From NCBI GenBank assembly GCA_965197585.1, contig OZ240215.1, positions 1,312,001 through 1,376,000 on the forward strand: a stretch of 64,000 nt of DNA, given 5' to 3'. The notes under the pieces were generated by a model. That model worked only from the letters and a program-made list of their open reading frames with translations, ran no database searches and was not told the DNA's origin. The stretch comes from Dehalococcoidia bacterium. GTDB taxonomy: Bacteria; Chloroflexota; Dehalococcoidia; Plut-88900. The translations under genes and the position numbers were made by a program. Below are positions 30,063-41,403 of this stretch, in pieces. Each line of letters starts with the position of its first letter. Position 1 is the first letter of the stretch.

Positions 30063-30989
30063 TTATCCGGTGAGATCAATCCCCGCCCCCAACCCCGCAT
30101 ACATATACGTCATCGCCGGCACTTTGTAGTCGCCCCACCTGTCCGTGAAGGCCTCCACGTCTTCCGGCGACACTGCACGGCCGTCCATGAATACGTTGGA
30201 AATCGTCTTCAGCAGGTAGAGGTCGGACGTCGGCAGCACGTCGTTCCGGCCGAGAGAGTGGCAGAGAATTCGCTGCGCCGTCCACACCCCAATTCCCCTG
30301 TAAGCGACCATCGTCTCCGTCACCGACTCATTGCTCATATCCCATAGCAAGTCCAGGTCCAGCTCGCCGAGGGCCACGGCTTTTGCCAGGTTGTGGATAT
30401 ACTCCGACTTCCTCGCCGAAAGTTTACATGCCTTCAGTTCCTCGACACCCGCTTCCACGAACCTTTCGGGCGTCGGCGAGAGCCAGTACTCCTCACCGTT
30501 CACGCTGACCCGCTCCCCGTACTTTTCGATCAATCTCCGCTGCATGGTCAGGGCAACCTTCGTCGAAAGCTGCTGCCCGAGTATCGTCCCGACCAGCGCC
30601 TCGAACAGGTCCGTATCGAGTCCCGGCTTCAGCCCCCGGAACCTGTCGATTGTCTTACTCAGCCCTGTATTCTTCGCCGCCATCCCATAGAAGCCGCTGA
30701 GGTCGTACGCCGTGTTCAGCCGCCATTCCACCTCCGATACCAGCGCACCCATCGACTCTATTTCAAGCTCCTCTCCCTCCGCCTGCACCTCGAGCCTGGG
30801 CTCCTCCACACTACCCACTGACGTTACGGAGATCAACACGGGCCTTCCCCCGGCCCTGGTCATCCGGCGCCACACGTCGTCCTCAATGCGCTCCGTCCCC
30901 AGGCCCACGGCGTACCAGCTCGCGTGTCTAGCAGTCAGCCCGAAGTCGAAGGGCGGAACGGGATCGATGTGGGCGGTTAGCAATGCCAA
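30063..30989 (-). CDS. alkA: DNA-3-methyladenine glycosylase II (AlkA family, HhH-GPD)
   Basis: FEALVGTILGQQLS, LSARKSEYI, RGIGVWTA, DVLPTSDL; start uncertain. Confidence 0.85.
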   Translation of the reverse strand: MALLTAHIDPVPPFDFGLTARHASWYAVGLGTERIEDDVWRRMTRAGGRPVLISVTSVGSVEEPRLEVQAEGEELEIESMGALVSEVEWRLNTAYDLSGFYGMAAKNTGLSKTIDRFRGLKPGLDTDLFEALVGTILGQQLSTKVALTMQRRLIEKYGERVSVNGEEYWLSPTPERFVEAGVEELKACKLSARKSEYIHNLAKAVALGELDLDLLWDMSNESVTETMVAYRGIGVWTAQRILCHSLGRNDVLPTSDLYLLKTISNVFMDGRAVSPEDVEAFTDRWGDYKVPAMTYMYAGLGAGIDLTG

Positions 30990-31051
30990 AACGCGGGCCA
31001 GTATAGCACTGCCCGTGTAGTTGCGGGCCTGGAGGGGGCGTGGCAACACTA

Positions 31052-31080
31052 TTGACACGCCGCGTATCAACTAATATAAT
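31052..31080 (+). promoter_or_regulatory. Consensus sigma70 promoter TTGACA-N17-TATAAT for hspR-grpE-dnaK
   Basis: TTGACA 31052-31057, TATAAT 31075-31080. Confidence 0.9.
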
Positions 31081-31129
31081 CCGTATAGCATTAAATGCCG
31101 TATCACATAGCCAAGAAGGGGCGGTGCAA

Positions 31130-31477
31130 ATGAGACGAGAGGGCGTGTACGTCATGCGGGTCGCCTCCCGACTTTCCGGGATGCACCCCCAGACCCTGCG
31201 TAAATACGAACGGTTCGGGCTGCTGGCCCCCACGAGAATTGGGGCCCTGCGCATGTACTCCGATGCGGACATCGCCCTGCTAAAGATGATAAAGTATTTG
31301 ATCGGCAATCTGGGACTCAATTTGGCAGGAGTGGAGTTGGCAATGGCGATGAGATCGGGCTTGAAAGCGCTGCAGCGGCAGGCCGAAGATATGCCTGCCG
31401 ATTCGCCTTCGAGACACAACATGGGCCGCACCATCGAACAGATGCTCCGCCTCATCGAAGCCCCGGATGCGCGGTGA
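31130..31477 (+). CDS. hspR: MerR-family heat-shock repressor (HspR-like)
   Basis: GVYVMRVASRLSGMHPQTLRKYERFGLL.P.R...RMYS, LGLNLAGV; heads the grpE-dnaK operon. Confidence 0.85.
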   Translation: MRREGVYVMRVASRLSGMHPQTLRKYERFGLLAPTRIGALRMYSDADIALLKMIKYLIGNLGLNLAGVELAMAMRSGLKALQRQAEDMPADSPSRHNMGRTIEQMLRLIEAPDAR

Positions 31478-31481
31478 CAAG

Positions 31482-32036
31482 ATGTCATTAGACGACGATT
31501 TTAGCCAGTTCATAAAAGGCCCCGCCGGCTCCGAGTCAGGCCTCAGCGCCCGGCTCGAAGAGCTCGAGCAGGAAGTCAACCGCTTGCGGGAAGCGCTTAA
31601 TCGCAACCGCGCTGAGCACCTGAACTATAAGCGCCGTATGGAGGAAGCCGAGACCCACCGCACTGCACAGGCCGCCGCCCTGCTCACATCCAGTTTGCTG
31701 CCGGTCCTTGATGATCTGGATCGAGCCGCGGGCGCCGGTCCGGCCACGGGCCGGGTCAGTGTTGGAAGTGCACAGGAAAGGGTCTGGAAAGAAGGAATGG
31801 AGCTGATCCGGGACAAGCTGATGTCCATTCTGGAGAAAGAGGGTCTTCGCAAGGTCGAGGCGCTGGGTAAACCCTTCAACCCGGTACTCCACGAAGCCGT
31901 CGCCCCTCACCCCACCCACACCATACCGGAAGACACCATTGTCGCCGTTCAGCAGCACGGATATACACTCAACGGCACGCTCCTCAGACCCGCCAAAGTT
32001 ACGGTCGCCCGCAGACCGGAGCACCCTCGATATTAG
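31482..32036 (+). CDS. grpE: Nucleotide exchange factor GrpE
   Basis: RAEHLNYKRR, LLPVLDDLDRA, PFNPVLHEAV, GYTLNGTLLRPAKVTV. Confidence 0.95.
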   Translation: MSLDDDFSQFIKGPAGSESGLSARLEELEQEVNRLREALNRNRAEHLNYKRRMEEAETHRTAQAAALLTSSLLPVLDDLDRAAGAGPATGRVSVGSAQERVWKEGMELIRDKLMSILEKEGLRKVEALGKPFNPVLHEAVAPHPTHTIPEDTIVAVQQHGYTLNGTLLRPAKVTVARRPEHPRY

Positions 32037-32075
32037 AATTTATAAGCCGTAGGAGGCTACGGAGGTAGAACAAAA

Positions 32076-33998
<1,923 letters not shown>

Positions 33999-34022
33999 CC
34001 CCTTCCTCATCCACAAAAGTCA

Positions 34023-34067
34023 AACGATGACCCGACATGCTGAGCATGCCGGGTCATCGTTTCTTTC
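34023..34067. terminator. Intrinsic terminator between dnaK and the convergent rSAM gene
   Basis: acgatgacccgacatgc-tga-gcatgccgggtcatcgt followed by ttcttt. Confidence 0.8.
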
Positions 34068-34094
34068 GGTGTAGGGGGGTGTCCCCTGCTCTTT

Positions 34095-35438
34095 CTAGCC
34101 TACCCCGGCCAACACTGCCGCCCCAGGACTTTCCGATCCCGGATGCCCCGGCGCCCCGTAAAGCGGGCAACCCGTGCAGCTGCGCGTCGACCCGCACGGC
34201 GCAACGTGTGGCTGTACTGCCCCGGCTGGAACAATGGAGCGGGCCTCAGGCGTTGGTTCCTGGAACAGGTCCAGCCGCAGCTGCTTCGCTTTCGGGGGGC
34301 GATGGCCGGGAAACACAAGAAAGGGCCAGGCCCGCTTCTTGATAACCCCCATCAGCCGCAGGTCTGTCCACGAATCTATGGAATGCTGCCTGCGTTGCCT
34401 CAGGATCCGGTCCACAGCCGTCGGCCCCACACCCGGGGCCCGTAGCAGCTGTGCTTTCGTCGAGTGGTTTATGTCTATGGGAAAAGCGTCCAGGTTCTCC
34501 AACGCAATGACTGTCTTAGGGTCCTGGTCCATTGACAGATGCCCCGACTCATCGAAGGCCAGCTCGATCTCTTCGTTGGAAAACTTGTAGATCCGCTTCA
34601 GCCAGTCCATCTGGTAAAGCCGGTGCGACCGCGTCATGGACGTAGCCGGGTGCTCTTCAAGGGGCGTGTAGGGCACCGGCTGAAAGTTGGAGTAGTAGGC
34701 TCTCTTGAGGTTCCATTCCCCATAAAGCTGGTCTACTCGGTGAAAAATTTCCCGGTCCGACTCATTGGCCGCGCCCACCACGAACTGGGTGGCCTGACCC
34801 ACCGCCCCACCCGTCTTCTCCCGGTTCAGGTCGTTGATCCATTCCATCGGCGCCAGGATGTCCCGCTCCAGGTCCTTCATCTTGCTGAGTGTGCGCATCC
34901 TCTCGGCAGTCGGCGTCTCAATATTGACCGAAAGCCGGGTCCCGAGCTTGTGCGCCGCCTCGACGTACTGCCGCTCTGTGCCCGGCATGACTTTCATGTG
35001 GATGTATCCCTTGAAACCGTACCGTTCACGGATAATCTGCACCACGTCGATCAGCTTCGCCGTGGTCTTGGACCCGGTGCCCGCAACCCCTGAGCTGAGG
35101 AACAAACCGTCCACCGTATGGCGCTGGTGCAACTCCATAAAGGTACGCGCCAGCTCCTCCCGCTTGAAGGCGAACCTCTTCCTCGGGACCCAGTGGCTGT
35201 TGGGACAGAAGTGACAGTCCATCTTGCAAAAGTCGGTGAACATTACCCGCATCAGACTTATGGTCTTGCCATTGGGCATCGACGCCTTGTAGACGCCGGG
35301 CAGCGGGTTCTTCTTCGGGTTCGAATATGGCCTGCGCTCCTTCGGCTGCCTCTGGGGTTGGGATAGAATGTCGTCGCTGGCCATCCCTCCCAGCAGCTGG
35401 AGCTTCTCGTATGTGTCGGGCGTACGTCTGATGAGCAT
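34095..35438 (-). CDS. Putative DNA modification/repair radical SAM protein with HhH motif
   Basis: CKMDCHFC, GLFLSSG, GYIHMK, RLSVNIE, RLYQMDWL, LLRAPGVGP. Confidence 0.88.
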   Translation of the reverse strand: MLIRRTPDTYEKLQLLGGMASDDILSQPQRQPKERRPYSNPKKNPLPGVYKASMPNGKTISLMRVMFTDFCKMDCHFCPNSHWVPRKRFAFKREELARTFMELHQRHTVDGLFLSSGVAGTGSKTTAKLIDVVQIIRERYGFKGYIHMKVMPGTERQYVEAAHKLGTRLSVNIETPTAERMRTLSKMKDLERDILAPMEWINDLNREKTGGAVGQATQFVVGAANESDREIFHRVDQLYGEWNLKRAYYSNFQPVPYTPLEEHPATSMTRSHRLYQMDWLKRIYKFSNEEIELAFDESGHLSMDQDPKTVIALENLDAFPIDINHSTKAQLLRAPGVGPTAVDRILRQRRQHSIDSWTDLRLMGVIKKRAWPFLVFPGHRPPKAKQLRLDLFQEPTPEARSIVPAGAVQPHVAPCGSTRSCTGCPLYGAPGHPGSESPGAAVLAGVG

Positions 35439-35457
35439 GGTGTATTCCTCCTCTAAT

Positions 35458-35471
35458 AGAACTTGTGTTCT
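35458..35471. promoter_or_regulatory. LexA (SOS) box AGAACTTGTGTTCT
   Basis: Perfect AGAAC-N4-GTTCT about 20 nt upstream of the rSAM start, next to the GAGGAGG RBS. Confidence 0.85.
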
Positions 35472-35841
35472 TATAGAATACATCAGGTTGTCAAGGGGTC
35501 ACACATAGGCATGGAAGTGGATGGTTGGTTGGTGGCGAGGCAGGTGTTGGTAGGGCCTACGCTTTAGAATCCTCCCGCCTGAGGCGGACCTAAGGGCGCG
35601 GGGCCTCGGAATGACGGGGGAAAGGGGGGTGGGGTGCGTGGCTGGTAGAAGGGGGTGAGTGGTGTCCTGGGCGTGAGGGCGATCGGCCAATCGCCCCTAC
35701 GGGAGGGGACGCCACCCCATTCCGTCCTTGAGACCCTTCGATGCTCCAGAGGCGCACTTGCAGCTCCGTTCAGGGCGAACGGAATTCCTCACCCATGGAT
35801 TCCCGTGTCTGGGCACGGGAATGACGGGGGGTACGCTGTTC

Positions 35842-36948
35842 TTAGGTTATCCCGTACAGCCGAGCACAGTTGTCCCACATCGTCTTCCTCCTCATCGAGC
35901 CGGACAAAGGAAGCTCCATGAACAGGTCCACGGCATGGGGGAACTTTGAGTCGGGGTGTGGGTAATCGGTGGAGAGGACCAGGTTGTCGTCCAGTCCGTA
36001 GCTCTCCACCATAGCCGCGGGTGATTCCTCGGGCTCCACGGACACATAGCACTGCCGCTTGAAGTAGTCCCCTGGAGTCATCGTGAGGCCTGGCGCCTCC
36101 ATCTTCCCTGAGAACTCGAAGTGATCATCCAGCCGCCACATCAGCCACGGGACCCAGGAGCAGTTGGCCTCCAGGAACGCCACACGCAGCGACGGAAACC
36201 GCTCCAACACCCCTCCCCCAATCATGCTTACCGCAGCCATCATCATCTCCATAGAATGACAACACGTGTGAAACAGCCAGTAGTCTCCCTCGAACTGGGA
36301 CCCGGCCTCCGCCATCGGCACGTGAGACCCCTCATGAAACCCGACCGCCGCGTCCAGCGCTTCTATCTGTTCCCAAAGCGAATCGTAATATGGATCGTGC
36401 CAGTTCCTCCCCAGGTACAGGTTGGGTCTCAGGAACACCCCCCTGAACCCGAGCTGTTTTACGCACCGGCTCGCCTCCCTAACCGCTTCTCCGACATCCG
36501 TCGGGCAAACCATGCCGACGCCCTTCATACGGTCAGGGAAGAGGTTGCAGAAGTCCGACATCCAGTCGTTGTAAGCCCGCGCAATCGCCGCTCCGAAATC
36601 CGGCTCCAGCTTGTCCGTCGCCACGGCGAACAATCCCCTGGACGGGTACATTAACGCCATGTCCATCCCCTCCTCGTCCATGGCCCGGACCTGCGACCTC
36701 GAGTCCCAACCACTCTCTATCGAGTCTCGGTACACCTCCAGGGGGCCGGCCTTCTCTTCGAACAGGTCGTCGTGGACGTCTCTCGGGATCTGCTCCCCGT
36801 CGATCTCTACACACAAGTCCTGCTGGTAACGAGCCAGGCCCACGGGCGCGCGCGCCCTGTACTCCGGGTCTATGTAGCGCTGCCACAGATCCACCGGCTC
36901 GATGACGTGCATGTCCGAATCCATGAAATTCAAACCATTCTTGCTCAT
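35842..36948 (-). CDS. Amidohydrolase family protein (Amidohydro_2)
   Basis: DSDMHVIEP, RAYNDW, GGVLERFPSLRVAFLEANCSW, STDYPHPD. Confidence 0.92.
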   Translation of the reverse strand: MSKNGLNFMDSDMHVIEPVDLWQRYIDPEYRARAPVGLARYQQDLCVEIDGEQIPRDVHDDLFEEKAGPLEVYRDSIESGWDSRSQVRAMDEEGMDMALMYPSRGLFAVATDKLEPDFGAAIARAYNDWMSDFCNLFPDRMKGVGMVCPTDVGEAVREASRCVKQLGFRGVFLRPNLYLGRNWHDPYYDSLWEQIEALDAAVGFHEGSHVPMAEAGSQFEGDYWLFHTCCHSMEMMMAAVSMIGGGVLERFPSLRVAFLEANCSWVPWLMWRLDDHFEFSGKMEAPGLTMTPGDYFKRQCYVSVEPEESPAAMVESYGLDDNLVLSTDYPHPDSKFPHAVDLFMELPLSGSMRRKTMWDNCARLYGIT

Positions 36949-37028
36949 CTTCTCCCCTCCCATGCCAATGCCTTATGTCGATTCCCATGCCTAATTATAA
37001 ACGCTCATTCCCCTCTCTCACCCGACCA

Positions 37029-37073
37029 TGTGACATCGGCCCCTTACTCCGCTTGTCCGCGCACCCCTATAAT
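37029..37073 (+). promoter_or_regulatory. Putative promoter TGTGA-N6-CCCC-TTACTC-N18-TATAAT
   Basis: Same register as the 15407 and 29686 elements; perfect -10. Confidence 0.55.
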
Positions 37074-37358
37074 GCCCTAAACCCATGCATCTCCTCATTT
37101 CCATTTTTCAGAGCCCCATACCTCGGAGAACACGCGGGAATTCTCCCGCGGAACAATCAAGCAGGCACGGGCTTTCGATTGAGTCAATCAAACCCCCTCA
37201 CAAGACCCCCCCCCCAAGACGCCAATACCGGGACCCCTGAAAAGAGCCCCATCCCCTCCCTCTAAGGGCAACCCGAGTGGGTGACTAACGAACTCGAAAG
37301 GGATAAACTACCTTCCGGACTATCCCCTATCTGCATATTGGCAAGGAGAACCTTATCC

Positions 37359-37559
37359 ATGGAAGGCGCTACCATCCAGCCCACCGAGGACGGCCCCTAC
37401 GAGGTCACCGGCGAATTCACCGTAGTCGACCACAACGGGAAGGAATACAAGAAGCGCAAGAAAGTGTTCCTTTGCCGTTGCGGCGGGTCCGCCATGAAGC
37501 CCTACTGCGACGGCACTCACGTATCCAACGGTTTCAAGGACGCATCGGAAGCCAAGTAA
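37359..37559 (+). CDS. CDGSH iron-sulfur domain protein
   Basis: DGPYEV.G, LCRCGGS..KPYCDGTH; AAGGAG RBS. Confidence 0.92.
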   Translation: MEGATIQPTEDGPYEVTGEFTVVDHNGKEYKKRKKVFLCRCGGSAMKPYCDGTHVSNGFKDASEAK

Positions 37560-37579
37560 CCGAGCCCCGGAGTTCAGTC

Positions 37580-38728
37580 ATGCGGTTCGACAGCACCGTC
37601 TACTACCACTTCGGCGAGGTGTACCCCTGGGACAAGCTCACCGATGAATTCCGGGAAATCGCCGGTATCCTGGACCAGGCCGGGTTCACCACCGTGTGGC
37701 TCGCAGAGCACCACTTCTCCTGGGACGGCTGGAACCGAGCCATGACCAACCCAATCCTCGTCGGCGCCGACCTCGCCGCCCACACCCAGCGTATTCGGGT
37801 CGGCCAGTGTGGCGTCATACTCCCCGACTGGCATCCCATCCGCGTCGCCGAAGACATCGCCATGCTCGACAACATGACCAAGGGTCGCGTCGACTTCGGC
37901 ATCGCCCGCGGCTACGACAGCCGTTCCGCTCTCCAGTTCAATGTCCACGCCGACAGGTTGAACGCCGGTCAGAACTACGCCCTCTTCGCCGAGACCCTGG
38001 ACATCATCAAGCGTGCTTGGACCGAAGAAGTCTTCCGCCACGAAGGCAAGTTCTACACCTTCCCCGTACCCGGCTGGAAAGAGCCGAATCCCGTAACCCA
38101 TGACCCCCGCTTCCACAACGAGGACGGCGAGATGGTCGCCTTCAGCGTTTACCCCAAACCCTTCCAGAAACCCCACCCTCCCATCTACCAGATGGCCGAT
38201 TCCGTCACGTCCCACAAATTCGCGGCGGCCCGGGACGTTGGCGTTATCAGCATGCGCAGCACCATGGAGAAGATCAAAGAGCACTGGGCCGGATACGCTG
38301 AGAGCGCCAACGACGTGCTGCTCGGCCCGAACCCCGCGCCCCGGAAGCTGGCCGTAATGCGGCCCACGTACGTGGCCGAGACCCGAGAGCAGGCCATACA
38401 GGACATTCGGGAGGGGCTCAACTACCGTGAGAGGCTCACTTCCACCGACATACCCCGCTCTCGAAAGGCGATGCTCTCCGAGGGAGAGTTCACGGAAGAC
38501 GACCTGCTCGCGGACTGCTTTGAATTTGAGGACTCCCGCAACTTGATATTCGTCGGTACCCCGGACTCCGTGTCGGAGCAGATCGAGATGTATCAGGAGG
38601 AGCTCGGACTTGACCACCTGGTTCTCTTCCACAACATCCCCGGCCTCACCCACGAAAAGGTGATGAAGAGCCTATCCCTCTTCTCCGAAAAGGTGCTGCC
38701 CCGCTTCCAGAACGGCCCCGTGTCCTGA
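37580..38728 (+). CDS. LLM-class flavin-dependent monooxygenase
   Basis: GFTTVWLAEHHF, WHPIRVAEDIAMLD..TKGRVDFGIARG, PKPFQKPHPPI, GTPDSV. Confidence 0.93.
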   Translation: MRFDSTVYYHFGEVYPWDKLTDEFREIAGILDQAGFTTVWLAEHHFSWDGWNRAMTNPILVGADLAAHTQRIRVGQCGVILPDWHPIRVAEDIAMLDNMTKGRVDFGIARGYDSRSALQFNVHADRLNAGQNYALFAETLDIIKRAWTEEVFRHEGKFYTFPVPGWKEPNPVTHDPRFHNEDGEMVAFSVYPKPFQKPHPPIYQMADSVTSHKFAAARDVGVISMRSTMEKIKEHWAGYAESANDVLLGPNPAPRKLAVMRPTYVAETREQAIQDIREGLNYRERLTSTDIPRSRKAMLSEGEFTEDDLLADCFEFEDSRNLIFVGTPDSVSEQIEMYQEELGLDHLVLFHNIPGLTHEKVMKSLSLFSEKVLPRFQNGPVS

Positions 38729-38766
38729 GCCCCTATCCCATTTTCCCTCGGAAGCCCGGCCAATGC

Positions 38767-39543
38767 CTACCAAACACTCCAGCCGCCGTCCACCACTATC
38801 GTCTGCCCCGTGATGAAACTTGAGTCCCTCGCCGCCAGGAAAAGCAGCGCAGTTTTCAGTTCGTCGGGCCTCCCCTGCCTCCGCATCGGCGTCCGGTACT
38901 TTATCTCCTCCGCATCCGGGTTCCCCCCGACAAACGATTGCTCGCTGGGGAAGTACCCTGGCGCCAGGGCGTTCACAGTCACCCCGCGGTCGGCCCACTG
39001 GATAGCGCAGGCCCGTGTCAGCCCCACCACGCTATGCTTCGAGATCGAGTATGCCCACGACGGACCCTGTGGCACTCCCCCCACCACCCCCAGCACCGAG
39101 GACAAATTGATAACCCGACCGTATCCTCGGGCCAGCATTCCCTTGCCTACCCGGTGCGCCAGCATCGCAGATCCGATCACGTTAGTCTCCATGACCTCAT
39201 CGAAGGCATCGAAATCTGCGTCAGTTGCGCTCTTCGCCTCAAACAGGGAGACCCCGGCGTTGTTGACCAGGATGTCGATCTTTCCGTACTCGGCCAGCAC
39301 CTGGTCCACGAAAGTGTCTATCTGGCTCGGGTCCGTCACGTCGGCCTTTACAGCCAGGCAGCGCCGGCCAAGGGCCCGTACCATCTGCGCAGTCTCCTCC
39401 ATTTTCTCGACCCTGCGGGCACAGACGGCCAAGTCTGCGCCAGCTTCAGCCAAAGCCTCGCAGAACGTCACCCCCAGCCCCGACGATGCACCCGTAACTA
39501 TCGCTGTCTGTCCGCTGAGATCAAACAGGTCATTATTAGCCAT
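38767..39543 (-). CDS. SDR family oxidoreductase
   Basis: VTGASSGLG, LVNNAG, YSISK, VNALAPGYF, ITGQTIVVDGG. Confidence 0.95.
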   Translation of the reverse strand: MANNDLFDLSGQTAIVTGASSGLGVTFCEALAEAGADLAVCARRVEKMEETAQMVRALGRRCLAVKADVTDPSQIDTFVDQVLAEYGKIDILVNNAGVSLFEAKSATDADFDAFDEVMETNVIGSAMLAHRVGKGMLARGYGRVINLSSVLGVVGGVPQGPSWAYSISKHSVVGLTRACAIQWADRGVTVNALAPGYFPSEQSFVGGNPDAEEIKYRTPMRRQGRPDELKTALLFLAARDSSFITGQTIVVDGGWSVW

Positions 39544-39921
39544 TTTCCCTCGCTTAGCGGGTTCGGAATACCAACCCTGCATTCCCGCTTTACCCTTCGG
39601 ACGCCAAGCATAATTTGACAGCATGGAAACCGCAAACTTACAATTACCTGATATTCGGCCAAAAAGGCCGATCCAAGACGACTGTGGGAGATGGTGGAAA
39701 GTTTGGTTAATTCCACAGAGTTGGAATGCTTCTGTCCACTGACCCGAATGCTCGAAACTCTTCGGTTTCGGCCACAAAACGTTGCTGGCCGAGTCCTTTC
39801 CCCGTGGTCTTCGAAATCTAGGAGGTGGACTATGCCCGACACCTAGTCACCAACTTCCGTTCATTTGAAGACTCAGGGCAGGCTGCTTGGCCTGCAACCA
39901 ATCACAACGAAAGGCAGTGCA

Positions 39922-41304
39922 ATGAAGATACTCAGTAACAATTTGGGCAAGGGTTTGACCCTGCGCAAGGGCTTTATGGCCCTCTTCGCAGTCCTGGCCC
40001 TTGCCCTACTTATCGCTGCAGCTTGCGGAGAGGCCGCAACGGCAACGCCGGAAGCAATGCCGGATGAACCCACGGCTATGGCGGATGAGCCCACGGCCAT
40101 GGCAGATGAACCTACCGCCATGGCAGATGAGCCCACAGCCATGGCAGATGAACCTACCGCTATGCCTGTGCCCACTGCCATGACGGAAGCTGGCATGAGG
40201 CTGAGGTCCGAGTGGACCGTCGACAACCCCGCCACCCGTGAAGAGATCGAAGCTGAGCTCCAAAAGTACCGCGGCCAGAGCCTCGTGTTCGCCTCCTGGG
40301 GCGGCGCCTACCAGGCAGCCCAGCGTCAGGCATATGCCGTACCCTTTGCCGAGCAGTTCGGCATTGACATCATCGACGACTCCCAGCCCACCCTCGGTAA
40401 CGTCCGAGCCAGGTCCCAGTCCGGCAACGTCACCTGGCACCTGTTCGACACCGGCACCGGCTCCATCTACCAGTTGTCCAACACAGGCGACCTGGAAGAG
40501 CTGGACTTTAGCATTATCGACAACCGGGACTTCCTGGAAGTCGTAAAGTCCCCCTACATCGGTGGCGGCGGCATCACCTGGTCAGAGGTCTGGGCCTACA
40601 ACACCGACATATTCCCCGAAGATAATCAGCCTCACACAATGGTCGACATTTACGACACCGAGAAGTTCCCCGGCCGTCGCGCGTGGGCCTACTACCCGGA
40701 CCACGAGTTGGTCTTCTTCCTCTTGTCCAAGAACCCGGAACTCCTTGACACTGCCGAAGGCCGCGCCAGCCTCTCCGCCCTCACGGACGAGCAGGTTGAT
40801 CGAGCCTTCGAACTGGCCGAAGAGTACAAAGACCAGGTCGATTGGTTCTGGCAGACGGGCTCCGACTGCCCACAGAACCTGGTTAGCGGCGAAATGGACC
40901 TCTGCACCGCCTGGAACGGCCGCATCTTCGATGCTGCCAAGGAAGGCGAATCCATAAGAGTGTGCTGGGAGTGCGGCCACGTCCTAAACACCGGCGTCTT
41001 CGGCATAATCAGCGGACTTAAGGAGCAGGATCCGGAGGCCTTCGAACTGGCCCATCTCTACATGGCTTGGACCTCCTTCCCCGAAATCAACGCCCGGATG
41101 TCCCAGTTCATCACTTACGGACCTGTTAACACCAAGTCCCTGCCTTTCCTCAGCGAACCCGAGTACGATGCAGTGAGGGACGAGCTTCCTTCCTCCATCA
41201 CCAACGTTCCCTACGCCATCTTCAAAGACGAAGTCCACGTAGGTGAGCGCGCCGACATCTGGCGCGAGCGCTGGATTGAGTTCCAGCAGACTTTTGAGAA
41301 CTAG
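39922..41304 (+). CDS. ABC solute-binding lipoprotein, PotD/polyamine-like, paralog 1
   Basis: Lipobox IAAAC; DEPTAMA linker repeats; SWGGAYQ.AQ, KFPGRR, AWNGRI. Confidence 0.88.
   Translation: MKILSNNLGKGLTLRKGFMALFAVLALALLIAAACGEAATATPEAMPDEPTAMADEPTAMADEPTAMADEPTAMADEPTAMPVPTAMTEAGMRLRSEWTVDNPATREEIEAELQKYRGQSLVFASWGGAYQAAQRQAYAVPFAEQFGIDIIDDSQPTLGNVRARSQSGNVTWHLFDTGTGSIYQLSNTGDLEELDFSIIDNRDFLEVVKSPYIGGGGITWSEVWAYNTDIFPEDNQPHTMVDIYDTEKFPGRRAWAYYPDHELVFFLLSKNPELLDTAEGRASLSALTDEQVDRAFELAEEYKDQVDWFWQTGSDCPQNLVSGEMDLCTAWNGRIFDAAKEGESIRVCWECGHVLNTGVFGIISGLKEQDPEAFELAHLYMAWTSFPEINARMSQFITYGPVNTKSLPFLSEPEYDAVRDELPSSITNVPYAIFKDEVHVGERADIWRERWIEFQQTFEN
40063..40165. repeat. 21-bp coding tandem repeat (DEPTAMA x5); similar array at about 41545-41650
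   Basis: gatgaRcccacNgccatggcR units. Confidence 0.9.
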
Positions 41305-41326
41305 CATTTCCTGATACTGAATGAAT

Positions 41327-41366
41327 AGGCGCCCTCCAAAAGGCCCACCCCCTTTGGAGGGCGCCA
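41327..41366 (+). terminator. GC-rich hairpin after SBP1
   Basis: ggcgccctccaaa...tttggagggcgcc. Confidence 0.7.
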
Positions 41367-41403
41367 AACCTGTCCCCCGTAGTTCCAGAGAAAGGGAGCA
41401 AAA

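Noticed and set aside
37080-37350. Riboswitch or ncRNA upstream of the CDGSH-LLM genes
   Set aside because: Only weak hairpins and no family motif I can support; an Infernal/Rfam scan would settle it.
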